Of a DNA stretch of 64,000 nt, positions 1 to 11,815 are shown piece by piece. Position numbers and translations under genes: made by a program. Origin of the DNA: Amphiscolops sp. MND2022 (lineage: Eukaryota); NCBI GenBank assembly GCA_964187785.1, contig OZ076409.1, forward strand, positions 29,886,001 through 29,950,000. The letters run 5' to 3'. A model generated the notes under the pieces. That model had not been told where the DNA came from, did no database searches, and saw nothing but the letters and a program-made list of their open reading frames with translations. How positions within the stretch are numbered: position 1 is the stretch's first letter; the number at the start of each line of letters is the position of its first letter.

Positions 1-837
1 GGCAAAATTACAGTGTTTGCTTGTTTCCGGTGATAGTTTCATTTGTCCATAAGCATAGTCTAAATCTATGACTGATATCCAGATTGGGTCTAGCTCGTTT
101 TTTGATAGTTCGGAAGAGATTTAGGTTTAGTAAATCGTCCATATTTGGCATGTGCGGTCTTTTCTTTAAGCAACTGTCGTTGAGTTTCCGTGCATCAAGT
201 GCGATTTTGAGCGTTTTGTCCTTTTTTACCGTAATTACAACGGGGGATACGAAACAGTCTTCTTCGATTGTTTCTAATCTTTGTAAATGTCCGGATTTTA
301 ATAATCGGTCTAATTCGTTTTTTACGTCGTCTTGTAGATGGTACGGTATTGGTCGTGCTTTTTGTTGTATTGGGTATCACCCCGGTTTTATCTGTATTTT
401 CACCTCCGCGTTCTGGATATTGTGGTTTGTTTCGAATACAGTTCCTCGGGTGTTTCATTATCTTCTTGCTTGGGCCAGAAGAAATCTCCACGGCTGTGGT
501 ATGTGTTTCTTTTGGGCATGTAGTATTCCCGGAATAGTTGAATTAACTTGTCGGTTCTGATTGTGTCAGGGTCCGTGTTAAATTCTCCTTTTGTGATGAT
601 TTCAATTGCCGACGGTCCGGCGCCCCAGATGAAATCTTGTCTGATTTCCGGTTCTTTTGTGTCCCATGGGTCACCAGTGGGTGCCGTATCATCGGTTATT
701 ATCGGTTTGATATCTATATTGTAGATTCTTTTTATGTAGTGTCGAAATCTCTCGGTCCATTCTTTTGGTGTATATATTTTCCCGTCGAGTCCGGTATCTT
801 CTAAGTATGGTAGTTGTACCTTTGTTGCCACGGCCAT
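1..837 (-). pseudogene. gag N-terminus (837-~441) fused to RT fragment (~440-1)
   Basis: ORF 400..837 is Gag up to ETPEE; a different frame then gives RT motifs, with an in-frame TGA. Confidence 0.85.
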
Positions 838-900
838 TTTTGATATTTGTTGGTTGGTAAAAATGTTTCGTGTTTTAGTAAGAAAATTTGATAAAATAAT

Positions 901-917
901 ATCTTGCTACTGCGCCA
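901..917 (-). promoter_or_regulatory. Primer-binding site, tRNA-Ser-like
   Basis: TGGCGCAGTAGCAAGAT next to the LTR end; complementary to the ...ACUGCG-CCA 3' end typical of animal tRNA-Ser. Confidence 0.65.
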
Positions 918-1144
918 TGTTAAGATCTCTTGATTTACTTTAAAACAATGTTGGTGGCAAAGAGTTTTCTTTCGACTATTCTGTATCAATGTATCCAAAT
1001 GTAATAAGATCTAGGTAAAGTAGTATAGTAACATAAATGTGACAGAAATTACAGTTTTCTATGACCTCTACATTCCACAGATCCCCAGAATTTAGTTTGT
1101 TGCTAAACTGATTCAGGGTGGTAATATCCGGGCGTCTCATTACA
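918..1144 (-). repeat. 5' LTR of Gypsy element A
   Basis: Ends in CA directly before the PBS. The 5' boundary is inferred from TGTAATG; the partner LTR is outside the window. Confidence 0.6.
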
Positions 1145-2274
1145 TAGCTGTAACTACATGTTAGCTTCAATAATCGAAAAATAACTTACAGCTGCATTGA
1201 TCATCAGCCTAATAAAAATTTTACCGGTTGCATTGAGAAACGGTTCTGATTTTTATGCAACTAAAATATCAATTTTACCACCATTTCATGGCAAAATAAC
1301 TTCAGTCACGTTGTAAACTTTTGAACCATTCATTTGAATTATCAAGAGATTTCAATTCAAAAACGGGTTGAAAACAAAGATAGAATCTAGTTGTGTAAAA
1401 TACTCAGTCAAAAGCGTTCAACTCAGAGACAAATGATCTTATATGAGCTTTCAGAAGTCTCATCTTTTTCGATTTGCTAAGCTTTCTTGAAAAAATGTTT
1501 GGATTTATGTTCTTCCCATTTCAAAACTGCAGAAAAAATGTTTAACATATAATTCCCCAAAAACCAATAGGATAAAAAATCAATGTAAAAAATCTTCAAG
1601 AGGAAGTTGTTCAGAAAGAAAGAAATAAAGAGGAACGATAAAAAGGTAAGCGCTTTGAATACATTTTTAAAATGCTTTGATTATGAGTGTTTTGAAAGTA
1701 GAGGCCGAAATCAAACATTTTAAAACAATTTACAGCACAGTACCATTGACCGTTGTAACCTCAAGCAAAAGAAGTAACTTACGAGCTGGTTTTGCAGAGC
1801 CTAAAACAGGAGCGGGAACAATCACTTTTTAAACCGAAAGTCACACGCATGCACCAGAAAAACAAGGTCCAGTCTTCGATGTTGGAGTTGCCTCACAGCG
1901 GTGGGATGGAAAATGTTACTGCAATAGTAATGCCCGTGTGATGAAAGACAATCGACGCTTAAAAGAATAGAAGGACCCTCCAGAATATTGAACTGAGGCA
2001 TTTGTTCGCCCCCCTGTTACGTCACATTCAACATCGCGTCTATAATTAGAAACTAAATAAAAAATACCTCTTAGACTGAAAATCAAAAATGACATTGTCG
2101 TTTTTGTCAAATTTTGTTTTCTTTGCTGATTTTGGGTCTCTAGTAGTTATCAAAGACACACTTGCACGTTGACCAATGTTCTAAAACAGTCTGATGGAGT
2201 TTTTGGTTCCGGTGCAAAACTTAAACCAGTAGAATTAAGTTGAAAGGTGACATTGATCAGCATTGATGTTTCAG

Positions 2275-2752
2275 GGCAGACATTGAAGCGCAGAGACCTG
2301 CAGCCAAGTTCCAGCCACTCAGCGAGGAGCCAGTGGAGCCGACATTTTGTCCATGTTGCTCGCAGCATTTGACTACCCTGGAAAAACTGTGTCTAGTTTT
2401 CAACGAATTGAATGACCACTGGACTGTAAATATCATCTCAGACTCGCAGACCACAGAAGAAGTTCTTTCTCGCATGATTCTACAATATTTCGACACCACC
2501 CAGATTGAAAGTGGGAAGCAACTGGTGGTAGTCAAACCAGATGCACCGTTGCAACCAGTGGTGATCATCTCAATAAACAAGAAAACTGTGGAAAATTATT
2601 GTCAAATGCAAATATTAGGTGAATGTTTGCTAACACATCTCTGTGAGGAACTTTATGAACCAATGCTATCAAGAAGTAATGAAAATAGCAAAACTATCGT
2701 TTTAGAAGAGTTAAATTCATCGCAAAAAGAAACTGCCTGGATTCAAAACTAG
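2275..2752 (+). CDS. Probable host coding exon (terminal), unknown product
   Basis: Acceptor tgatgtttcAG at 2273-2274, then a 159-codon open frame (ADIEAQRPAAKFQPLSEEPVEPTFCPCC...AWIQN*) with no stops and no TE motifs. Confidence 0.4.
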
Positions 2753-2810
2753 CAGCGCACTTTTTTTTAGAAAAAAATGATACATGAATAACCGTTTTAG
2801 GGGTGATCTA

Positions 2811-3021
2811 TGATATACGGATCAACTGTCAAATATCGGACTAGACATTTAACCTCTACCCAGTTTCAGTCATAGACAATTACCTACCGTTATTTACAAA
2901 CAATAGATATCTGATATAAAACTTTATTATATCACATTATGTTTTGTTACCTACTATACGTTTGATATAGAAAGAAGCTATTTTAGAAAACTGTTTTATC
3001 TTAGAAGTCTAGAATACAACT
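2811..3021 (+). repeat. 5' LTR of element B
   Basis: Direct repeat of 8346-8550, visibly diverged; begins TG. Confidence 0.95.
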
Positions 3022-3037
3022 TGGCGCAATCAGCAAG
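3022..3037 (+). promoter_or_regulatory. Primer-binding site, tRNA-Ser-like
   Basis: TGGCGCAATCAGCAAG immediately after the 5' LTR; same type as element A. Confidence 0.7.
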
Positions 3038-3072
3038 TTTTTAAACAAACCGAAATTTAATAAACCGGAACT

Positions 3073-6000
3073 ATGACAGAAAAACATCGTTGCGAACCTA
3101 GAAGCGAAAGCATCAGACGGAAACCCGATATTTACACCGACATATTCGTTAGAAAGATTCCGACCGCTTACGAAACGGGAACATAAAATTGACATCACAC
3201 CACTGCTAAACGGAGAATATATTACGGATACCGAATGAACCGGAAAAGAAACAGCAATCCAAGAAGATTTTATTTGGGGAGTGGGACCGGAAGCCCTCTA
3301 CCAAATAACTCGAGCCGAATATAAAACGGAACCGGATTGCATATAAATAAAAGACCTAATCCTGTTATACACCGAAAACTACCTACCGATGCGCAATACA
3401 TACCATAACCGAGGAGATTTCTTTTGGGCCAAACAATCGAAAGACGAGAAACCGGAAGAATTATGGAGAAGATTAATCGAAAATGAGAAAGAATGCATTT
3501 TCAACGCCTATCAACCGAAGAACTATCGATTTCAAAATATATGACGGCAATCACCGATAAAAAAACTACGGGAAAAGATGATGAAGGAGAAGACCCTCGA
3601 AATGAAGAAAGCTATTGAATTTATGAAACAGAATACACATGAGAAAAAGAACAAAAAGAAAACAATACCGGAAGCCTTGATTACAACAAAAGGAAAACAA
3701 CTGATCAAAGAAGAACCGATACAAAAATGAAAGATTCGGTACCAGATCAAAAACGAAAATTACCGGAACCCGATCGTGCAGATTTTGCATCAACCCGACT
3801 TAGAGCTCGTTACATAAATGTCCCGCACTGGAGTCAAACTGTAACAACTACGGAAAAAAAGGGACTCTACGCAAGGGCATGCCGACAGAAACACAACAAC
3901 CGAACAATTAAAAAAACTTACCGAAGAAGTAGTGAATGAACCAAAGGAATCCCTCAGCGAATCGGACGAAAGTATACACCATATAGAAGAAATAAAGAAT
4001 TTGAAGAAAAACAAAAACATTGAACAGCGGAAATAAAAACAAACGGGATCCAAAAAGAATTCATATTTGATACCGGATCGCCGGTAATGATAGTTCTCTT
4101 TGATGAACGCATAGTGGACCAAACCGAAATACAGAAAATAACGAATCGATACCTAGACGTCAACAAAAATGAATTGAAATTCCGGGGGATGATACCGGTA
4201 AACATATAATACGAAAACAACAAACAGAAATTGGAAATTCTGATTACCAAAACAACGGACAAAACACTACTACTGGGAATGAACTGGATGAAAAGATTTG
4301 GACTAACAATCTGGAAAAAATCCAACTGAACGAAATTAATGAATCAGAAAAAAAACAACAAACTTCCGGACTTGTTTGAGAATAACCAAACAATAAAAGA
4401 CAACGAAATAAATATACAATTGAAGCCCGGACACTACCCGGTAAAACAAAAAGCTAGACCCATCCCGCTGCACCTACAAGAAGATGTAGAGAGAGAACTG
4501 GAGAAGCAAATAAAAGCCGGACACCTCGAAAAGGTAATTAAGGTGGATGAGGAGGACTGTTTCGTTTCACCGGTGGTAATAACAGTAAAAAACGATAAAT
4601 CGGTGAAAATAGCACTGTTCTCCCAAAAATCAAAAGGTAGCTGCAAAAAACGGAGACCACACATGCCAAACATGGAGGAAATATTGAACCACATATCGGT
4701 AGAAAACAGCCGAGACCGAACAGCCCAATTTTTCATTTCAAAAATAGATACGGGCAACAAAATTATCAAACACAAGGTGACAGTGCGTGTTTGCCATCAC
4801 CGCGGCAACTTTTAGGGGATAATTTCAATTTGGAAAAAGGTTTTACGGATTGGCCGATATACCCATGAAATTCGAAGAAAAAAGTGAACGAACATTAGAA
4901 TAATGTACACCGGTTTGGCTAGACATAAATGGTAACACGCGGAGACAGACAAGAACATGAGAAAAAATTGTCCGACGTGATAAACAAGCCAGAGAAAGCC
5001 GGTTACCGGGCAAGTAAAAAGAAATTGGAATTCTTCATGAAACAAACAAAATGACTGGAACACGAAATCGATGAGAACGGAATAAAACCGAATAACGAAA
5101 AAGTGGAAGCAATAATAAAACAAAACCGCCGAACAACACGAAGGAACTGAAGTCGATTCCTCGGCTCAATACATTATCTGGCAAAATGTTTACCGAAGTT
5201 TTCGGAAAATACCGATAGACTCAAAATACTATTGAAGAAAAATGAACCACGAAAGTGAGAAGAAGACCAAGAAGATGAATTCATGCGAATAAATTGGATG
5301 CTAATCGAAAACCATGCCTGAGACATTATGCAAAAGATAATAAAAACTTGGTCACAACCGACGCAAGTAAAACAGGACTTGGTATCAATCTTCGGCAGAA
5401 ACAAGACAGCGGAGACATGAAGCCGATCGCGTTCCGCAGTAAAGATTTCAACGATACCGAAAAGAAGTATTCTAACGGAGAGTTAGAACTGCTAGCAGTA
5501 GTTTGGGGACTGGAAAAATTCCGATACTATCATTACGGAAAAAAAGTACATCGTACACAGATCACCAAGCTTTAGAACCATTAATAAAACGCAACCGAAG
5601 CAACCAACAATATAGCGCAAGGCTAAGTCGGTGGTTGAACAGATTGGCACATTTTGACATTGCAGTTCAACATATCGCCGGCATTAACTTGAAATTCACC
5701 GATTTCTCAGCAAAAATCCGGTAGGGGGAACCGCGATAAAAAGACAGATACGACGAGGAATATGTAAATACCATCCTTACCAATTACGCAGCATTGAACG
5801 CAAAATACGGCTCGCTATTCAACAGCCAATGAAATTCGAGAACAGAAGAGACCTAAAAGGAACGAAGACAAAGCTGAAATGAAATTGAGCAAAAGAAGAA
5901 CCAATCACAAACAAACAGAACATTCCAGAACAAAAATCACGTGAACAAACTCTACACAAAAAAGAATACTACACCCGGGCAGTCCGATAATAGCACAGTG

Positions 6001-8170
6001 AAAAACAGTTTAAATTCAAAACCTATTTCAATTGAAAATGAATTGAACCGAGAGAACTTATACCACTGGGGAGCTTCCCGTGAGATAATGGAAATTATAC
6101 GAGAATAAATAAAAGCCCAAAGACCAGGAGATTGGTAAGGGAGGAGAGAAACGCTTGCTAGACCGGGAACTGTGCGGAGAGGATACGGTTCACAATCACA
6201 AAGAACAATATTTACACTTTCAAGACCGAATAAGGGGAGCCGAGAAGAAATTGCGGGAATTGACGCAGAGCTAACACACACAGCGAACCGAATATGCGGA
6301 GGCTACCAACCGATAGAAATCAAAGAAGGATCTCCGTAAGAAGGAGAAAAGGAGAAGTGCAAGCCGATCAAAATACGGTGGATACCGAAGAAAGCAGCGT
6401 GATAATGAGGGGCAATAACTTGCCCATTATTGATCTGAGAAAGTACCATATCGACGGAAAAGAAGCCCTCTATATACAAACTAACCACATAGTGGGCAAA
6501 ATAACGGAGAACAAAAAGCTACCCGAAGACAACATAAAGAACGCAGAATTCATTTTAATGTTGGACTCAAAAACCCTCATATCAAAAACCTCAATCGATC
6601 CGGAAATGACAAGAGTCCGAGCAAGCATGCGGAGAGAAGAAAAAGATACAGCGCCGGAAGGATATAGACGGGTCTTCGCCAAATTATCAATCCAGCGGGG
6701 TCTAGTCTTCGTGGACCACCAAATCGCCTTACCCATTGACCTGAGAAGAAGACTGATCGACGTATTACGTTTCGGTCACTCCTGCATAACAAAGATGTTA
6801 TCGGATGCAAAAACCTTCACGTGGCCGGAAATGCAGAAGGATATAGAACAGAAAGTTAAAGACTGTACTGCATGCCTCGCCACAGTTGAGAACGATCAAA
6901 ACTAAATTCCAAAACACCAACAAGGAAAGTTAAAAAAAATAGATTTTACCGGAAATTTACACAACAAACATTTAATTGGAGAATCTGTAATTTTAATAGC
7001 AATAGATCGGTTTAGCAAATGGCCGACAGCGAAAAATCGTAAAACAGCGGAAACAAAAGAAGTTTTAAATTTTCTGACAAACCATTTTACCTTATACGGA
7101 ATCACACAGAAGATAAAATCCGGCAAAGGGGGGATTTCGTATTGTCCAAATACAAAGCATTTTGTAAATCCCGGAAAATAGAAATTCAATACTGCCCACC
7201 ACGAATGCATACCGGAAACGGTACAGCGAAAAGAGCAATACAAACTATGAAAAATTTACTGTTGGCAAACATGGAAGACGGAAAGAAATAACTTAACCGA
7301 AAGCGTAAACCGAGCATAACAATTAATGGGATTTACAAGACAATCGTGACTGAGAAAAAACACATTCGATTTGCACCACGGTAGAAAACCGAGAACGAAA
7401 TTAACAAATATAAAAAAAGACGGAAAGGCTTTTCTATCAGATTGGTCAGATTTATTTGTCCACTTTAGCACCAAACAAGCCAAAAACACCGATATATGTC
7501 GAAAGGCACGCCGAAGGAGAGATCACCAATCATATGGTAATGGCCCGCACAAAGACCGAAGAACGGCAACTGGTTTCGGAAACCAAATCACCGAAGAAGA
7601 AAATACCGGTTAGATATCCTTTCAACTTCGTTGAAAAGAGACACAACCGAAAATCCTTAGAAAGGAGATTTCAATCAAAAATACAAATCGCAATAAGCGG
7701 GACTGAAAATACCGTAAAAACAGATATGACAAAGATAATACACCGAAAACTAATTTCGGGGCCCTGTTTCAGAGCGAAAAAAGACACCGAAAAGAGACGG
7801 TAACAGCAGTATCCGCAGAATTAACCCCAAAGAAATGTCACTGTCTGAGAGGAATAGACGGGAAATACGGGAAGTGTGACGCGATTCCGCGCGATATACT
7901 CAACGGGAAACTCCGAATCGAACAAAACAAAAAGCGCACCGAGTCAGATTCGGAAGACGATGAGGATGATGACGATGAAGAAGAGAAAACCGCAAGAGTG
8001 TACGACACGTCCGAGAGAGACGGCCGATACGAACCGATCCGGACTGATCCCGAGAATGACTCTCTACAAATACACACCGACGGAAAAATACCGCAGGGTG
8101 AGAATTCAATTTATATTAGACGGTCAAACCGAAACATAAATAAACCGAATAGATACGGTAGTGTACCAGG
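3073..8170 (+). pseudogene. gag-pol of element B (many stops and frameshifts)
   Basis: Gag RNTYHNRGDFFW; degenerate Zn knuckles ~3775-3885; protease FIFDTGSP ~4060; RT QKARPIPLHLQ/CFVSPVVI; RNase H VTTDASKTGLG and ELELLAVVWGLEKF; integrase FGH...WPEMQKDIEQKVKDCTAC and IAIDRFSKWP. Confidence 0.93.
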
Positions 8171-8331
8171 GAAGCTTTTATATGTGACTAACACATTTTC
8201 GTTACAGGACCAAATTGGAGCCGTTCAAAGGGCACCCCACAACCAATGTGCGAGCTGGTGCAGAAGCCGCAGGACTTTCTCCTGGGCGACATGACACCAA
8301 CTGGCCCCTCAACACAATTCTGAAGAAGCCC

Positions 8332-8345
8332 GAGAGAAGAGGAAA
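8332..8345 (+). promoter_or_regulatory. Polypurine tract of element B
   Basis: GAGAGAAGAGGAAA directly before the TG of the 3' LTR. Confidence 0.85.
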
Positions 8346-8550
8346 TGTTATACGGTTCAACTGTCAAATACCGGAGTCATTTAACCTCTACCGAGTTTCG
8401 GTCATAGACAATTACCTGCCGTTATTTACAAACAATAGATATCTGATATAAAACTTATTATATTCCTTTGTTTTGTTACCTACTATAAGTTTGTTATAGA
8501 AAGAAGCTATTTTAAAAAACTGTTTTATCTTACAAGTCTAGAATACAACA
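8346..8550 (+). repeat. 3' LTR of element B
   Basis: TG...CA; direct repeat of 2811-3021; followed by TSD ATCTA. Confidence 0.95.
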
Positions 8551-8612
8551 ATCTATGCGTCTTCAGACAGTGCTTAATTTGAAGTGATGATCATCTCTTT
8601 CATTCGTTGCAG

Positions 8613-9266
8613 CCAACACAGGATTCACAGGTAACCTCAAACGTATCATATGACTTCGATCCCTTCACTCAACCACGCAGCTCTCAACCCTGCGATTTTG
8701 TTCACTACATCGCAGCAAGTTTCGCTGCTCTATCGGTTGCTGTTCTAATCTGGCATTACTTCGAAATATCATTCCTCGCCAACAAACGATTCACCATGGA
8801 CAGTTTCGACCACTCTTCAGTATGCAGAAGATTCGCTCCTATTCTTATATTGCTGCTCTTGAGTACTCAAATCAACGTGATAATTACATTCCTAAAGTTA
8901 TCAGGAAAGTTGGAATTGCCTAATTCTGAAGCTTTGTGTCCCGATTCGGTCTGTTTTTCATGGACCGTGGGATGTATGTTGGCAGCATGGGCTCTTTTGG
9001 GGGCTAGTTATTGCGCAATTTCCCTGAAGCTGACGACATCATTGCTGAAAAGAAGACAAAGCCGAAAGTTGGCTCTTCTCGTGGCTCAAGTAGCTCAAGA
9101 GCCCAAAGGAAAGAAGGGAGACAACCTTTTAAACTTGAACGTGATCAATAACCCAATCGGACTGAACAATTCTAACTTCAAGCCCACTCCTCTCAGAATC
9201 CAGGAGAGCCAACAGCCAGTGTACCGGAAACCAGACCCGGAATTGATGAAAAGCAGTAGAGTGTAG
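8613..9266 (+). CDS. Probable host terminal exon encoding a multi-pass membrane protein (3 hydrophobic helices)
   Basis: Acceptor ctctttcattcgttgcAG at 8611-8612 in phase 0; 217-codon intact frame. TM-like segments YIAASFAALSVAVLIWHYF, FAPILILLLLSTQINVIITFL and WTVGCMLAAWALLGASYCAISL, then a basic/polar tail. Confidence 0.65.
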   Translation, partial: PTQDSQVTSNVSYDFDPFTQPRSSQPCDFVHYIAASFAALSVAVLIWHYFEISFLANKRFTMDSFDHSSVCRRFAPILILLLLSTQINVIITFLKLSGKLELPNSEALCPDSVCFSWTVGCMLAAWALLGASYCAISLKLTTSLLKRRQSRKLALLVAQVAQEPKGKKGDNLLNLNVINNPIGLNNSNFKPTPLRIQESQQPVYRKPDPELMKSSRV

Positions 9267-11345
9267 AATACAACAGAAACCTAGAGTATCAAAAATATAA
9301 TTTATGGATTCTGAAGTGTTATCGTAGTCGTAGATGTTGTAAATCGCAAACCCTATCTCAAAATAGAAATCTCACCCAGTCTTCTTTAAGCATGCTGGCT
9401 TTTTCCATAATATAATTCCCATAAGTTTCGAATCGCCGTGCCAGCCTCATCTGGCGTTGTTGAACGAAATTGAGCAGTTTGGTATAGTATCAGTTGAAGA
9501 TATAAGATTTCTGAGCTCTGGGAATTTTCCGCACTGTGACAGCATGTTTTTTGGTCGTGGGCATAGCCTAATATACTTCGAAACTTCAACAAAAGTTCTA
9601 AGAATTTGAAAAATTTTCCGTTTTTTGGAGTTTTTGGTTCATATAACCTCGTCAGCACACCGAGAAGCCGAAAAATTGACAAAAAACTGGCAATATTTTT
9701 TCAAAGCTTAATATCTACGAATAATAGCTACAGCTCAAATAAATCTGTTTTCTGCTCCTGAAAGCCCTTTAACCAAGCTTTCAAATGCATACTAGTTAAG
9801 ATGGGAGCTGGTTTCGCCGGGCCTATTAAATGGCGGTCGAACTCTTAGCTGAAGCGTCATCGAAAAAACTATATACGTTTTCATTGGTGGCAAACTGTTA
9901 CTAGAGTGTGACAGTAACTTAGCAAACAGTTCGTAACTTATTCGTAATTTTTTATTGATTGTGAAAAAAAGTGCTGTCCTCATTTGAGGACGAAATCACT
10001 AACGAGGTTAAGGCATTTTATTTTTTAAAAAAGCTCGAGATTTTTCCATGAGAAAATTTGCAATATATATTTGTTTTGCCGGTGAACTCTGTGGATTTTC
10101 ATGGAAATTATCTACAATTGTTCCGAAACTGCGCGAAGAGGTTAAAATATGGAAAAAAAGCTACACGCTTATGAGGCTTTTCGGGACTCATTTTAAACTG
10201 ATACCGTGAAAATTCATATACTGGAAAATTTTCAAAAATTAAAAACTTCCTAATTATTAGTAAGAAAAATTTTAAAAGTTTTGGCAATACATGTTACTTC
10301 CAGCCAATCTATTTTGGGCATTTTTTTGAAACTTCTAGTTTGGTGGATGAAGTTTTTGGATGAATTCTGAGGGAGGGGATTTGGATAAACGTAACATCAC
10401 ACTTATATCATCATACTTATACCGAATGTGTATATCATACTCATACAGAATAAGCATGCATATTCACCGTGAAAATTGGAAAACGAAATGAAAACGAGTC
10501 ATCTGACATCGAAGCATTGGTCGTACGGTGCTAACTATAAGACAGCATTTGTGGGACGACCTGCGTAAAACTGGCTGGTGTGTCAGCCCCCACCTCGATG
10601 GTATACCTTTGGTGCTGATGGTGGTTTCATTTTAGAAACTTCCGGAAGGGTCCACGGTACTTTGGGGTCACCTAATTCAATCTTCCAATATAGTGCTGCA
10701 GTGTTGCTACTCAGATAGTTTCAATAAATCCATTTTTCAATATTTTGGCTCTCTGACAATTGTAAAAACTGTAAGAGAAATGTTCAACAGTCTCCCCACT
10801 TCTACTGCATAAGTGACTCAGCCTGCCAGCCAGTTTCTAAAGCATATTCATATAAAACAAAAGGTTTTTCACTATCAAACGTTGTTGGATTTGTACCTTT
10901 GATGGGTGAGTAAGGGCGATGACGTGTTTCAGATGGCAGGGCTTTAGTAAAACAGTCCAGTATGGCTGAGTTGAAGTAAGCGTCAATTGTTCAATGAACT
11001 GAAGGTTTTAAACTACAAACACCGTTAGAATTTCAAATTTCAACGAATCTCCCACACAAACGTCTCCAGAACCTCGCTGACGTATATCGATGAAAGTTAT
11101 CGCAGTATTTCCGAATGGCGATTCACAACTGTATACTTCCACCAGAGTTCTGAATATGTAAAAAGTCTTTTCTTTGTCCTGTCGAAGCTGTCATCCAACA
11201 TTTTCTTGCCACAAAATCACAGTCTCGGTGTCAAGGTGTTTTCCAGACACTGTATTGTCGGTTTTTGGTCAGAAGTGCATGACACTAACATCATAAAACT
11301 TCTACATTAGGGCATTGCACAGTTTCATTGGGAGAAAACAGTTTC

Positions 11346-11815
11346 CGTGTCCGTTTAAGTTCGCCACTTTTAAGTTCGCCACATATAAGTTAGCCCGTAA
11401 ATCTTAGCCATATTTAATTTAGCCACCATATATGTTCGCCACATACAAGTTCGCCACATTTTCGGTCAATCAAATTCGAGCATTCAAAATTACGATAACG
11501 TAGTCAGATATGTTCACATACCCCTAGTGCCCTAAATACAGGAGCGAAGCGAAGCGGAGCGACGTGCCATATGGCCATGCCTCAATGTGGCTACTTGGCG
11601 AAGGGAGCGAAGCGACCGAGCCATACAACAAGTATGCTAATCGCCACTAAATATAACCAAATGAAAATAATCGCTGATATGGAATTCTTTCATTAGCTGA
11701 AATGTGGCGAAAATAAACGTGGCTATCTTATATGGTGGCTAACTTAAACGTGGCTAAGTTTTACGGGCTAACTTATACGTGGCGAACTTAAATATGGCGA
11801 ACTTACAACGGCACC
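11346..11815. mobile_element. Mutator/foldback-type MITE with tandem-repeat TIRs
   Basis: 9-bp TSD AACAGTTTC (11337-11345 / 11816-11824). Inverted arms of ~120 bp are built from ~15-bp units (TAAGTTCGCCAC / GTGGCGAACTTA). Confidence 0.88.

Larger units (their letters stand above)
1..1144 (-). mobile_element. Ty3/Gypsy LTR retrotransposon A, 5' part (runs off window start), internally deleted
   Basis: Putative LTR 918-1144 (TGTAATG...TTAACA on minus), then PBS TGGCGCAGTAGC. Gag N-terminus (MAVATK...YMPKRNTYHSRGDFFW) is fused directly to the RT start (QKARPIPYHLQ...CFVSPVVITVKKDK..KIALDARKLN..RPHMPNM...DLDYAYGQ). Homologous to the element at 2811-8550. Confidence 0.88.
2811..8550 (+). mobile_element. 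Complete but decayed Ty3/Gypsy LTR retrotransposon B
   Basis: Paired LTRs 2811-3021 and 8346-8550; 5-bp TSD ATCTA (2806-2810 / 8551-8555); PBS TGGCGCAATCAGC; PPT GAGAGAAGAGGAAA; domain order gag-PR-RT-RH-IN. Confidence 0.96.

Noticed and set aside
84..560. Plus-strand 158-aa ORF and similar antisense ORFs over pol genes
   Set aside because: These are antisense shadows of retrotransposon coding sequence.
11346..11815. Short regularly spaced repeats resembling a CRISPR array
   Set aside because: The units are abutting ~15-mers in inverted arms, with no unique spacers, a 9-bp TSD, no cas genes and a eukaryotic context.
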